Assembly: GCA_050015355.1 (NCBI GenBank) | Contig: JBEKBO010000017.1 | Location: forward strand, 359-64,358 | Reading direction: 5' to 3' | DNA from: Candidatus Korobacteraceae bacterium | GTDB taxonomy: Bacteria; Acidobacteriota; Terriglobia; Terriglobales; Acidobacteriaceae | DNA length: 64,000 bases | Translations under genes and position numbers: made by a program | Shown: piece by piece, positions 46,057 to 55,217 of the stretch | Layout: each line of letters starts with the position of its first letter | Numbering within the stretch: the stretch's first letter is position 1 | The notes under the pieces: generated by a model | Database searches by the model: none | Seen by the model: the letters and a program-made list of their open reading frames with translations, nothing else | Told to the model about the DNA's origin: nothing

Positions 46057-48462
46057 TTACTGCCGCGCGGTCGGCTGAGCGGGCACGGTAGGCGGCGGCG
46101 ACAGCGCAGGCGCCTCTTCGGCAGACTCGGGCAACGAGCGTTCGAGTGCGACCTGCAAAACCTGGTCCATATGGTCCACAAAGTGAAACTTCATGGCATT
46201 ACGCAGATTCTCCGGCACTTCCGCCATATCCTTCTCATTGTCCTGCGGCAGAATCACTTCCATAATGCCGGCGCGATTCGCCGCCAGCAGCTTTTCCTTA
46301 AGCCCGCCGATCGGCAGCACCTTGCCGCGAAGCGTGATCTCGCCGGTCATGGCGACGTCGCGCCGCACAGGGATCCGGCTGAGGGCGCTGGCAATCGCGG
46401 TGGCCATGGTGATGCCCGCCGAGGGGCCGTCTTTCGGGATCGCGCCCTCCGGCACGTGGATATGAATATCGATGTTGCGGTAGAAGTCGTGGTTCAGACC
46501 GAGTTGCTGCCACCGCGAGCGGATGTACGTGATCGCCGCCTGCGCCGATTCCTGCATGACATCGCCCAGTTTGCCGGTTAGCAGCGGCTTGCCGCCTTTG
46601 CCTTCCACCACGGTTACTTCCGTTGACAGGATCGAGCCGCCAACCTCGGTCCACGCCAACCCCGTAACCAGGCCGATCTCGCTCTTCTCGTTGACCGCCG
46701 TGTCGCGGAAGCGCATCACGCCCAGGAAGTCCTTGATGGTTTCTCCGGTAACTGCGATCGAGTAGCCTTGACCGTCCTTCACCACCCGGCGCGCCACCTT
46801 GCGGCATATGTTGCCGATTTCCCGCTCCAGGTTACGGACCCCGGCCTCGCGCGTGTAATAGCGGATAATTCCGGTGATCGCATCGTCGGTGAAGCTGATG
46901 TTCGGCTCAGTCAGTCCGGCCTGCTCGCGCTGCTTCCTCACCAGGAAGTGCTTGGCGATTTCGAGCTTCTCCGGCTCCGTGTAGCCGTGCAGCCGCAGCA
47001 CTTCCATGCGGTCCTGCAGAGCGGCGGGAATCGTGTGCAACACATTCGCCGTAGCGATGAAGAACACCTGCGACAAATCGTATTCGACGTCCAGGTAGTG
47101 ATCGATGAACATGTAATTCTGTTCCGGATCGAGCACTTCCAGCAGCGCCGATGACGGATCGCCGCGGAAGTCCGCGGACATCTTGTCGACTTCGTCGAGC
47201 ATGAAGACCGGATTCTTCGTGCCGGCCTTCTTCATCATCTGGATGATCTGTCCGGGCAGCGCGCCGATGTAGGTGCGCCGATGACCGCGAATCTCCGCCT
47301 CATCACGAACTCCGCCCAGCGACATGCGCACGAACTTGCGCCCCGTTGCCTTGGCAATACTCATGCCGAGCGAGGTCTTGCCGACCCCGGGAGGTCCGAC
47401 GAAACAGAGAATCGAACCCTTTGGGTTCTTCACCAACTGCCGCACCGCCAGGAACTCGAGAATGCGGTCCTTGATCTTTTCCAGTCCGTAATGATCTTCG
47501 TTCAGTATCTTCTCGGCGAACTCGATGTCCCGCACTTCCTTTGACTTCTTCTTCCAGGGCACGGCCAGCAGCCAGTCCAGATAGTTGCGGGAGACGGTGG
47601 ATTCGGCCGACATCGGAGGCATCGCCTCCAGCTTCTTGAGCTCCTGTTGCGCCTTTTCGTGAACGTCCTTCGGCATGCCGGAGTTGTCGATCTTCTTCTT
47701 CAGCTCGTCGAACTCGCTTTTTTCGCCGCGCCCGAGTTCCTTCTGGATCGCCTTGATCTTCTCGTTAAGGTAGTACTCCTTTTGCGCGCGCTCCATCTGC
47801 CGCTTCACTCGCGACTGGATGGTGCGATCCATGTTCAGCTTCTCGATCTCGATGTCCAGCACGTCGAGGACACGGTTCAGACGGTCGGCGGGATCGAAGA
47901 TCTCCAGCAGCTCCTGCTTCTCTTCTATCGTGAGCTGGAGGTTGGCGGCGATGGTGTCGGTCAGCTTGGCAATATCGTCCGGCCGGACCGTGGCGGCCAT
48001 GGTTTCGTAGTTGAGAGACTGGCACAGCTTTACGTATTGCTCGAACTGCGAAATCACGCGCTGCATGGCGGCTTCGATCTGCGGCGTCACCTCGGTCGTG
48101 CTCTTCACCGTACGGACGGCCGCCTCGAGATAGCCCTCCACCTCGGTTACCTGCAACGTCTTGCCGCGCTCGAGCCCTTCGACCAGCACCTTGATGTTCC
48201 CGTCGGGGAGCTTGAGACTCTGGACGATGTTGACGACCGTGCCCACCTGGTAGATCTCGTTCGGCTTTGGCTCGTCAACGCTGGCATCGTGCTGCGTCGC
48301 CAGGAAAATCCTCTTGTCGTGGGCCAACGCCTCTTCCAGCGCCCGAACGCTCGATTCACGCCCCACGACGAACGGCGTCATCATAAACGGAAAGATGACG
48401 ACGTCCCGGATGGGCATCATCGGCAGCTTTTTGGTCTCGAATTTTTCTTTGGCAGAACTCAC
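46057..48462 (-). CDS. lon: ATP-dependent protease Lon (LonA)
   Basis: GPPGVGKTS Walker A, the proteolytic PKDGPSAGI motif, and an N-terminal LON domain. Confidence 0.95.
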   Translation of the reverse strand: MSSAKEKFETKKLPMMPIRDVVIFPFMMTPFVVGRESSVRALEEALAHDKRIFLATQHDASVDEPKPNEIYQVGTVVNIVQSLKLPDGNIKVLVEGLERGKTLQVTEVEGYLEAAVRTVKSTTEVTPQIEAAMQRVISQFEQYVKLCQSLNYETMAATVRPDDIAKLTDTIAANLQLTIEEKQELLEIFDPADRLNRVLDVLDIEIEKLNMDRTIQSRVKRQMERAQKEYYLNEKIKAIQKELGRGEKSEFDELKKKIDNSGMPKDVHEKAQQELKKLEAMPPMSAESTVSRNYLDWLLAVPWKKKSKEVRDIEFAEKILNEDHYGLEKIKDRILEFLAVRQLVKNPKGSILCFVGPPGVGKTSLGMSIAKATGRKFVRMSLGGVRDEAEIRGHRRTYIGALPGQIIQMMKKAGTKNPVFMLDEVDKMSADFRGDPSSALLEVLDPEQNYMFIDHYLDVEYDLSQVFFIATANVLHTIPAALQDRMEVLRLHGYTEPEKLEIAKHFLVRKQREQAGLTEPNISFTDDAITGIIRYYTREAGVRNLEREIGNICRKVARRVVKDGQGYSIAVTGETIKDFLGVMRFRDTAVNEKSEIGLVTGLAWTEVGGSILSTEVTVVEGKGGKPLLTGKLGDVMQESAQAAITYIRSRWQQLGLNHDFYRNIDIHIHVPEGAIPKDGPSAGITMATAIASALSRIPVRRDVAMTGEITLRGKVLPIGGLKEKLLAANRAGIMEVILPQDNEKDMAEVPENLRNAMKFHFVDHMDQVLQVALERSLPESAEEAPALSPPPTVPAQPTARQ

Positions 48463-48763
48463 TCGGTACAGCTCCCTGTTTGTGGCCCGACTTCAACTCC
48501 ACTCCGGGGCCCACGGCTAGTTTGAGCCTACTACATGAGACATCCTACGGCAACAACTGGCCTTGACTGTAATATCGCCGGAGATACAGCCCTGATTGTT
48601 TCGATGATGAATTCTGATTCGGGAAGGCTCTGACCAGGAAATTTTTCCCCAAACCTTGGGCAACTGACCTTTAGTAATGACCACAAACAGGGAGCATCGC
48701 CGCCGCAGCCAGAAAAGGGCTTGCACGAAGCAAGCCCTTGGTCCGGACAGGAGGCGAAACTGA

Positions 48764-50041
48764 TTAACCCGCTTTTTCCAGCATGGCGATGGCCAAGTCG
48801 CGTTTTTCGACCATCTCGCGAGTCACTTCAAAATCTTTCACTTTTTTCTGGCTCGGCAGATGATACATCAGGTCAAGCATCAGCTCTTCCAGTATCATTC
48901 GCAGTCCGCGGGCGCCCACCTTGCGCAGCGTGGCCTCGTGAGCGATGCTTCGCAGAGCATCGGCGGTGAAGCAAAGCTTGACGTTTTCAAACTCGAACAG
49001 CCGCTGGTACTGCTTGGTGATCGCGTTGCGCGGCCGGGTCAGGATTTCGACCAAAGCATCCTCATCCAGGTCGTCAAGAATCCCCATCACCGGCATGCGG
49101 CCCACAAATTCAGGAATCAGCCCAAACTTGATCAGATCCTGTGGTTCGGCCTTGCGCAGCAATTCGCTGTCGCGCTTGGCGGCGCCGACCAGCTCCTGCT
49201 GGCCGCCCCCCTGAGCTTCGTCGGCGCGGAATCCCATCGCCCGTTTTCCGACGCGCCGGCCGATCACCCGTTCCAGCCCAACAAATGCGCCGCCGCAGAT
49301 AAACAGGATATTGGTCGTATCAACCGGGGTGAATTCCTGGTGCGGATGCTTGCGCCCGCCCTGCGGGGGGACGTTGGCGACCGTGCCCTCAAGAATCTTC
49401 AGCAAAGCCTGCTGCACGCCCTCGCCGCTCACGTCGCGGGTAATCGAAGGGTTCTCGTCCTTGCGCCCGATCTTGTCGATTTCATCGATATAGATGATTC
49501 CGGTTTGAGCCCGCGCCACGTCGCCGTCGGCTGACTGGAGCAGCTTCAGGATGATGTTCTCGACGTCTTCGCCGACGTATCCCGCCTCGGTAAGCGTGGT
49601 CGCGTCAACAATGGCGAAGGGCACGTCGAGCATCTTGGCCAGGGTTTGCGCAAGCAGCGTCTTGCCGGTGCCGGTCGGACCGATCAGCAGTATATTCGAC
49701 TTCGAGAGCTCGATATCGCTGTTCCGCTGTTTGTTCATGTAGACGCGCTTGTAGTGGTTATAAACCGCCACCGAGAGCTTTTTCTTCGTCTGTTCCTGGC
49801 CGATGACGTACTCGTCGAGAAAGGCTTTTACCTCGTACGGCTTGGGCAATTGACTCGGAGCGGCGGAAGGCTGAGCTTCGCTGCGGTCGTCCTCAAGAAT
49901 CGAATTGCAGACCGCGACACATTCGTCGCAGATGTATGCCCGTGGGTAGTCGCTGGGGGAAGAGATTAACTTGGCGACAGCGTCCTGAGATTTGTGGCAG
50001 AAGGAGCATCGCAAAACTTCATCGGAACCTGACCGTCTCAT
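48764..50041 (-). CDS. clpX: ATP-dependent Clp protease ATP-binding subunit ClpX
   Basis: N-terminal zinc-binding CSFC...[12 protein letters not shown] Walker A and the IGF-like GFR loop. Confidence 0.95.
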   Translation of the reverse strand: MRRSGSDEVLRCSFCHKSQDAVAKLISSPSDYPRAYICDECVAVCNSILEDDRSEAQPSAAPSQLPKPYEVKAFLDEYVIGQEQTKKKLSVAVYNHYKRVYMNKQRNSDIELSKSNILLIGPTGTGKTLLAQTLAKMLDVPFAIVDATTLTEAGYVGEDVENIILKLLQSADGDVARAQTGIIYIDEIDKIGRKDENPSITRDVSGEGVQQALLKILEGTVANVPPQGGRKHPHQEFTPVDTTNILFICGGAFVGLERVIGRRVGKRAMGFRADEAQGGGQQELVGAAKRDSELLRKAEPQDLIKFGLIPEFVGRMPVMGILDDLDEDALVEILTRPRNAITKQYQRLFEFENVKLCFTADALRSIAHEATLRKVGARGLRMILEELMLDLMYHLPSQKKVKDFEVTREMVEKRDLAIAMLEKAG

Positions 50042-50346
50042 TTGACTCCTCGATACTTACCATGCACTTGCCGATCTCTTGCTTCGCCTGGTTCGCCATG
50101 CTGTGCGGAAACGCTCCCGCCTCAATTCGTGCCATCGCGCAACCAGCATCCCCACATCAGCGCCGCTGTCACGCCGCTGGGGTCCATCGCTGATCTTCCA
50201 CGCTGATCCAGGCTGGCCTATTGAACTACAACTTTGCTCCCAATGGAAGTCTCCATTGTTGCACTATTGCTGGACTTAGGTAACTACCGTAACTACCCGA
50301 CCCGGGAAGGCAGCGCAATACCCTAGCGATGCTTGAACGCAATACC

Positions 50347-50937
50347 TTAGCGATGCTTGAAAATGATCTCGTCAATCAGTCCGTACTCCTTGGCCTGCTG
50401 AGAATTCATGATGAAATCGCGCTCCACGTCGCGCTCGACCTTCTCCAGCATCTGGCCGCTGTGCTTGGCCAGCAACTGGTTGGTGAGCTCACGCATGCGG
50501 AGAATTTCACGCGCCTGTATATCGATATCGGTCGCCTGGCCGGAGATGCCGCCGCCCATAATGAGCGGCTGATGAATAAGAATGCGTGACGTCGGCAGCG
50601 CAAACCGCTTTTTCGCGGCGCCGCCCGACAGCAGCAACGCAGCCATGCTCGCCGCCTGCCCGATGCAAATGGTCACCACGTCGGGCCGGATGAACTGCAT
50701 CGTGTCGTAGATCGCCATGCCGGCCGTAATCGAGCCGCCCGGCGAATTGATGTAGAGCGATATGTCCTTTTCGGGATCTTCCGCCTCCAGGAAAAGCAAT
50801 TGGGCAATGATGAGATTAGCCACCTGGTCGTCAATCGGAGTCCCGAGAAAAATAATGTTGTCCCGCAACAGGCGGGAGTAAATGTCATACGCGCGCTCGC
50901 CCCTGCTGGTTTGTTCCACTACCATGGGCACAAGCAT
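50347..50937 (-). CDS. clpP: ATP-dependent Clp protease proteolytic subunit ClpP
   Basis: GQAASMAA (Ser), IHQP (His) and RDF (Asp) catalytic motifs. Confidence 0.95.
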   Translation of the reverse strand: MLVPMVVEQTSRGERAYDIYSRLLRDNIIFLGTPIDDQVANLIIAQLLFLEAEDPEKDISLYINSPGGSITAGMAIYDTMQFIRPDVVTICIGQAASMAALLLSGGAAKKRFALPTSRILIHQPLIMGGGISGQATDIDIQAREILRMRELTNQLLAKHSGQMLEKVERDVERDFIMNSQQAKEYGLIDEIIFKHR

Positions 50938-51045
50938 TGGTTCGCTCCTTTATTATCGTCAATGCGCCCCCCGCCACGGTCGCGACATCGAAAGGCGTCG
51001 GCGCGTTCAATCCTGCTCGGCTGAAACGGCTTGCAGGGAGCCGCC

Positions 51046-51083
51046 GGGGTCCCCGACAAGCCTGCTGTTGGCTTGTTGGGGTG
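51046..51083 (+). repeat. GGGGTCCCCGAC...GTTGGGGTG hairpin element (intergenic copy, clpP-tig spacer)
   Basis: GGGGT-CCCCGACAAGCC-TGCTGTT-GGCTTGTTGGGG-TG: a 12-bp stem with one G.T pair. Confidence 0.75.
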
Positions 51084-51213
51084 TAAGCCGCCGATTCCAG
51101 CCCGGCGCCCCGATACATAATACTAGCGATTCACTGCCTCCGGGGAATCCTGCCGGATACGCAGCTCCCGTTCCGGAACTCCCCGCTCGTGGTTTTACTC
51201 CAGCAAAAAACTA

Positions 51214-52503
51214 TTATCCCGCCCTGCCATACAGCATTTCTAAAGTCTTATCGTTCCTGATCCGTGCCCGTATACGGTCGACCGAGCCGTTCTCCTCCAG
51301 CCGTTTACGGACGACTTCCACCGTCTGCTGCATCTGCTTGGAGAGAGATTCGATCTCTTTATCAAGCTCTTCGTCGCTGACCTCGACGGTTTCCAGGTCG
51401 GCAATCTTATCGAGCAGTAAAGATGCCTGAACTTCGCGGCGTGCAGCCTGCCGCTGGCCTTCGCGTAAACTGCCCAGGTCCATGCGCTTCAGATCCTCGG
51501 TCCGCATTCCCTGTGCGGCCAAGGCGCGCAGGCCCCGCTCCAGCCGGGTGTCAATCTGCTGCTCGACCATCGACTCGGGCACGGCGATGTCAAACTTGGT
51601 CACCAAGTCCTGCACCAGCTTATCCTTGGCCCGATGCTCCTCTTCCTGCTGCTTACCCGTTTGGATGCTCTCCCGGATACGAGTTTTCAGATCCTCCAGC
51701 GACTCGAACTCGCTCCCGACTTCCTTGGCAAAGCCGTCGGTCAGCTCCGGCGTACTCTTACGTTTGATGCTCTTTATTTTGACTTCGTAGTGAATCGTTT
51801 TGCCTGCCAGCCGTTTGTCCGAAAAATCCTGCGGGTAGGTGACGTCAAAGCGGCGCTCCTCGCCCGCTTTGGCGCCGCGCAGGTTGTCGCTGAACTCCTT
51901 CATCGTGGCGCTGCCGCCGATCTCCACCAGCACGTCGTCGACGTTCATCGGCTTGGCGTCGGCTTCCTGCGACGTTCCGCTGAACCCGGCCTGGGCATAG
52001 TCGCCGTCCTGGAGCGGGCGCTCCTCTTCCACGTTTTCGTAGGTCGCATGTCGCTCGCGAAGGTTCCCAAGTGCCTGCTCGACCTCTTCGTCGGTCACCG
52101 AGATTTCATTCTTTTCAGGACGAATCTCCTGGTAACCGGTGACATCGATCTCCGGCAAGACCTCGAAACTCGCCTTGAAACGCATCGGTTTGCCTCCGGC
52201 CAAATCGATGTCGGTCACCTGTGGCTGCGAAACCGGAACCAGGTGCTGCTTTTCGGTTTCCTGCCGGAAGTAACGCGGAACCAGGTGCTCGACCAGTTCG
52301 CTCTTGATGTCTTGGCTGAAGCGCTGGCGAATGATGGCGGCCGGAACCTTGCCCCGCCGGAAGCCCGGGACCCGGGCATGCTTCTGAAACTCGCTGATAA
52401 CCGACTGTTCTTCTTTTTCCACCACATCAGCGGGGATTTCGACGGAAACCTCTCGCTGACAGGGGTTAGGACTTTGGTTCTTGCTATCTTCTGTTGAATT
52501 CAA
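51214..52503 (-). CDS. tig: trigger factor
   Basis: 429 aa, with FRRGKVP ribosome-binding signature GFRRGKVPAAII. TTG start as given by the ORF track. Located upstream of clpP-clpX-lon, as in many bacteria. Confidence 0.9.
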   Translation of the reverse strand: MNSTEDSKNQSPNPCQREVSVEIPADVVEKEEQSVISEFQKHARVPGFRRGKVPAAIIRQRFSQDIKSELVEHLVPRYFRQETEKQHLVPVSQPQVTDIDLAGGKPMRFKASFEVLPEIDVTGYQEIRPEKNEISVTDEEVEQALGNLRERHATYENVEEERPLQDGDYAQAGFSGTSQEADAKPMNVDDVLVEIGGSATMKEFSDNLRGAKAGEERRFDVTYPQDFSDKRLAGKTIHYEVKIKSIKRKSTPELTDGFAKEVGSEFESLEDLKTRIRESIQTGKQQEEEHRAKDKLVQDLVTKFDIAVPESMVEQQIDTRLERGLRALAAQGMRTEDLKRMDLGSLREGQRQAARREVQASLLLDKIADLETVEVSDEELDKEIESLSKQMQQTVEVVRKRLEENGSVDRIRARIRNDKTLEMLYGRAG

Positions 52504-52832
52504 GGAAGTGCCTTCAGATCAGTGTAAAGTGTGCGCCAAAAAGGCTGGCCACCTACGGCTCGCGCCGGGACTCCAGGTTCGCGCCCAGTGCAGCCGACGC
52601 AAGCCAAGGAAAAACAGCGAAAAAACAGTTTAAGAGAGGCAACCGAACCCGGTCAAACCCGTCCACCCAGGAGGTAACTCCTGTTTCCTTGCGGAGCCGG
52701 TTGAACGGACTACTCCCCTTGCCTATTGTACGCGTCCGTGGACTGATGGCTGCCGATTGGCGGCCCGTATTTGTCATGCGAACCTTCGGCCTGCTGGACG
52801 CTTAACGTCAAGCACGCTGATACGAGGTGTTT

Positions 52833-53039
52833 ATGAGCTCCACCAGCAAGCCCCCGGGGAACCCCGAGGCCCCGAACTCCTCCCCGACCGAAAACCTCCC
52901 CACCGAATTCACCGACCTGTTTATCAAAGGGGTGCAACGCGCGGCTGAAATGCAAAAAAGCTCGCTGGACGCCGCCGCGCAGCAAAACGCGATGCTCGAT
53001 GCCGCAACAAGATCGCTGAAGAAGCCGCCCAAGCCGTAA
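52833..53039 (+). CDS. small hypothetical protein (helical, phasin-like composition)
   Basis: 68 aa from the ATG at 52833, followed 32 nt downstream by a clear terminator. No family assigned. Confidence 0.4.
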   Translation: MSSTSKPPGNPEAPNSSPTENLPTEFTDLFIKGVQRAAEMQKSSLDAAAQQNAMLDAATRSLKKPPKP

Positions 53040-53070
53040 CCCCCGGCGGAACTGTTTTCTGCCCAACGAG

Positions 53071-53107
53071 AAGGCCCACCCTGACGGGGATGGGCCTTTT
53101 GCTTTCC
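53071..53107 (+). terminator. rho-independent terminator
   Basis: AAGGCCCA-CCCTGACGGGGA-TGGGCCTT followed by TTGCTTT. Confidence 0.7.
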
Positions 53108-53199
53108 GTGCTCTGCGTCATCTTGCCGGATTCAGATTTCAGGTCAAAACAAAAGGCGCTGCCATATTGACAACGCCTCAGAGTTCAACAACCGAATGA

Positions 53200-54289
53200 C
53201 TACGGGCAGATGCCTGACGGGTAGCACACGTGGGCCTTGTTCTTGTCCCAAGTGTTGCAAGTGCCGTCTGTATCGCCGCATCCCTCGCCCACGGTGGCGT
53301 CGTACAGATCGTAGTTCGGGTTCCCTTTCGCCGTGTTCTGGGTGAGTTTGTTTGGCGCATGGGGTTTTAGGTCCGCTCCGTTGGGTGTATCTAACCAAAT
53401 CCCATTTTCGCCGTTGCCGTTGGCGGTGTTGCCCTTGAAGGTGTTATTGGTATCGCCCCCTCCCAGGTAGATGCCATACTGAGTGTTGCCGCTGAAGTCG
53501 TTGTCGGAGATGTCGCTGCCATCGACATACTGGTCGTAGTAGCCGCATATGCAATTCGTCACTTTGTTCTTCGTGACCGTAAGTTTCTTGGCGGACTCGG
53601 GATAGATCCCAATGTCATTGCAACTGATGATTTGATTTCCGCTGATGACATCCCCGCTGGTAGTGAAGTCGTAGATCGCGGTGCTGGCTCCAGTGAACTT
53701 GTTGTTGGTCACTTGGCAACCGTCGCAGTCCACGATAAATACAGCTTGCCAGTCGTTATTGAAGATCGAGTTCGAGACCCGGTTCGAGTTTTTGTTGGAG
53801 TAAATACCGAAGTAGAGAAAGTTGGAGCAGTTGTTGACCTCGAGGGTCGACCCAGTTGTACTTGCCGTTGAGGACGATTCCGCTATTTCCTCCGAGGCTG
53901 CAGTTGACGACCGCTGAGCCGGGCTTGCCCTCGCCCTTGATCTTGAGGTAATCGGTATTGCTTACCGAGCCGCCCGCGTACTGTCCCGGGCAGACTTTGA
54001 TCAAGGTGTAAGGCTTGGCGGCTGCTACCGCGTCAGTCAGTTGGCTGTAGGACGACGGTTCAGAGCAGCCAACATACAGGGTGTGCTTCGTTTGGAAGTC
54101 GGTTGCAACAGCAGTTAGGCTGAGCAAGAGTACAAGGCTCAACGGTGACAACCAGTATCGGTGGATGCGATGTATGGCTAGCTCCTCTTGTGTCGGAAGG
54201 TGGGTTATCGGTCGAACGCCAAGGGGGAACTGCAAGGGAAGGGGAACAGCCCGGGCGTACAAGTCTGAAGGGTAGGATGTCTGCTTCAA
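53200..54289 (-). pseudogene. secreted right-handed parallel beta-helix repeat protein, split by a 1-nt frameshift near 53845-53856
   Basis: ORFs 53756..54289 and 53200..53733 are two halves. The downstream frame stays open upstream to ...STLEVNNCSNFLYFGIYSNKNSNRVSNSIFNNDWQAVFIVDCDGC. Skipping one G in the GGG run joins ...GIVLNGKYNW to STLEVNNC.... The N-terminal start is uncertain. Confidence 0.6.
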
Positions 54290-54485
54290 GTTCCGGGGGT
54301 GGCTTGAACCAGAGCTGTCTCAGGAATTTTCGTGCTTAGTTCGGATACTGAGAGACTTATTTTATAAACCTGGTCGAGAGTTGCCGCCCCGAGATGTTTA
54401 ATGGCCCAGAGCGGTGGGCTCCCCCGGAGCCTTGCAGCGGGCTTCAGACCTGAGGGAACTGTGCGGGAGAGCCTAGAATAGGTTC

Positions 54486-55217
54486 ATGCCGTCTGCCCTG
54501 CATGTCATCAATAGTGAAGTGATTCTTTGCCGGCGCTGCCCGCGTCTCGTCGAGTTCCGCGAAGCCGTCGGACGCGAAAAGCGCCGCGCCTATCTCGATC
54601 ACGATTATTGGGCCAAGCCGGTTCCCGGCTTCGGAAATCCTGGGGCCAGGGCAGTCATCCTCGGGCTCGCGCCCGGAGCACACGGCAGCAACCGCACTGG
54701 CCGTCCATTTACCGGCGATTCCTCAGGACGCTTCATGTACCCAATCCTGCACCGCATCGGCTTCGCGTCGCAGCCTAATGCCGACAGCCGCGACGACGGA
54801 CTGCGCCTGCTGGACGCCTACATTACCGCCGCCGTGCGCTGCGCTCCTCCGGATAACAAGCCGTCTCCGGGTGAAATCGCCAACTGCGCACTTTTTCTCG
54901 ACCGCGAATTGCAAGCCCTGAAGCGGATGAAAGTCCTCGTCGCTCTGGGCAGGATCGGCTTCGATGCCTACCTGAATCATCTGAAAAGGGTCGGTGTGCT
55001 GACGAGCAAGAGCGCTTACAGCTTTGCTCACGGCGCCACCTACACCATGCCTAACGGAGTCATCCTGCTGGCTTCCTATCATCCTTCGAACCAGAACACT
55101 GCAACCGGGAAGTTGACGGTTGCGATGTTCGAGCAGATATTCCTGACCGCTCGCAAACTGGCGTCCACTCCGGTGGCGGATGACCGCTTGCGTTGCGAAT
55201 CTCATCGAGTTCGATAA
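54486..55217 (+). CDS. uracil-DNA glycosylase, family 5 (UdgB-like)
   Basis: CRRCPRL, then GLAPGAHGSNRTGRPFTGD, which has the family 5 signature (no catalytic Asp/Glu of family 4), and the SYHPSNQN motif. Confidence 0.8.
   Translation: MPSALHVINSEVILCRRCPRLVEFREAVGREKRRAYLDHDYWAKPVPGFGNPGARAVILGLAPGAHGSNRTGRPFTGDSSGRFMYPILHRIGFASQPNADSRDDGLRLLDAYITAAVRCAPPDNKPSPGEIANCALFLDRELQALKRMKVLVALGRIGFDAYLNHLKRVGVLTSKSAYSFAHGATYTMPNGVILLASYHPSNQNTATGKLTVAMFEQIFLTARKLASTPVADDRLRCESHRVR

Noticed and set aside
52504-52826. I looked for a tRNA or leader RNA upstream of tig, since a tRNA often precedes tig-clpP in other bacteria.
   Set aside because: No cloverleaf-compatible segment or T-loop consensus was found. 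The ORFs here are short and overlapping, and this is probably just a promoter region.
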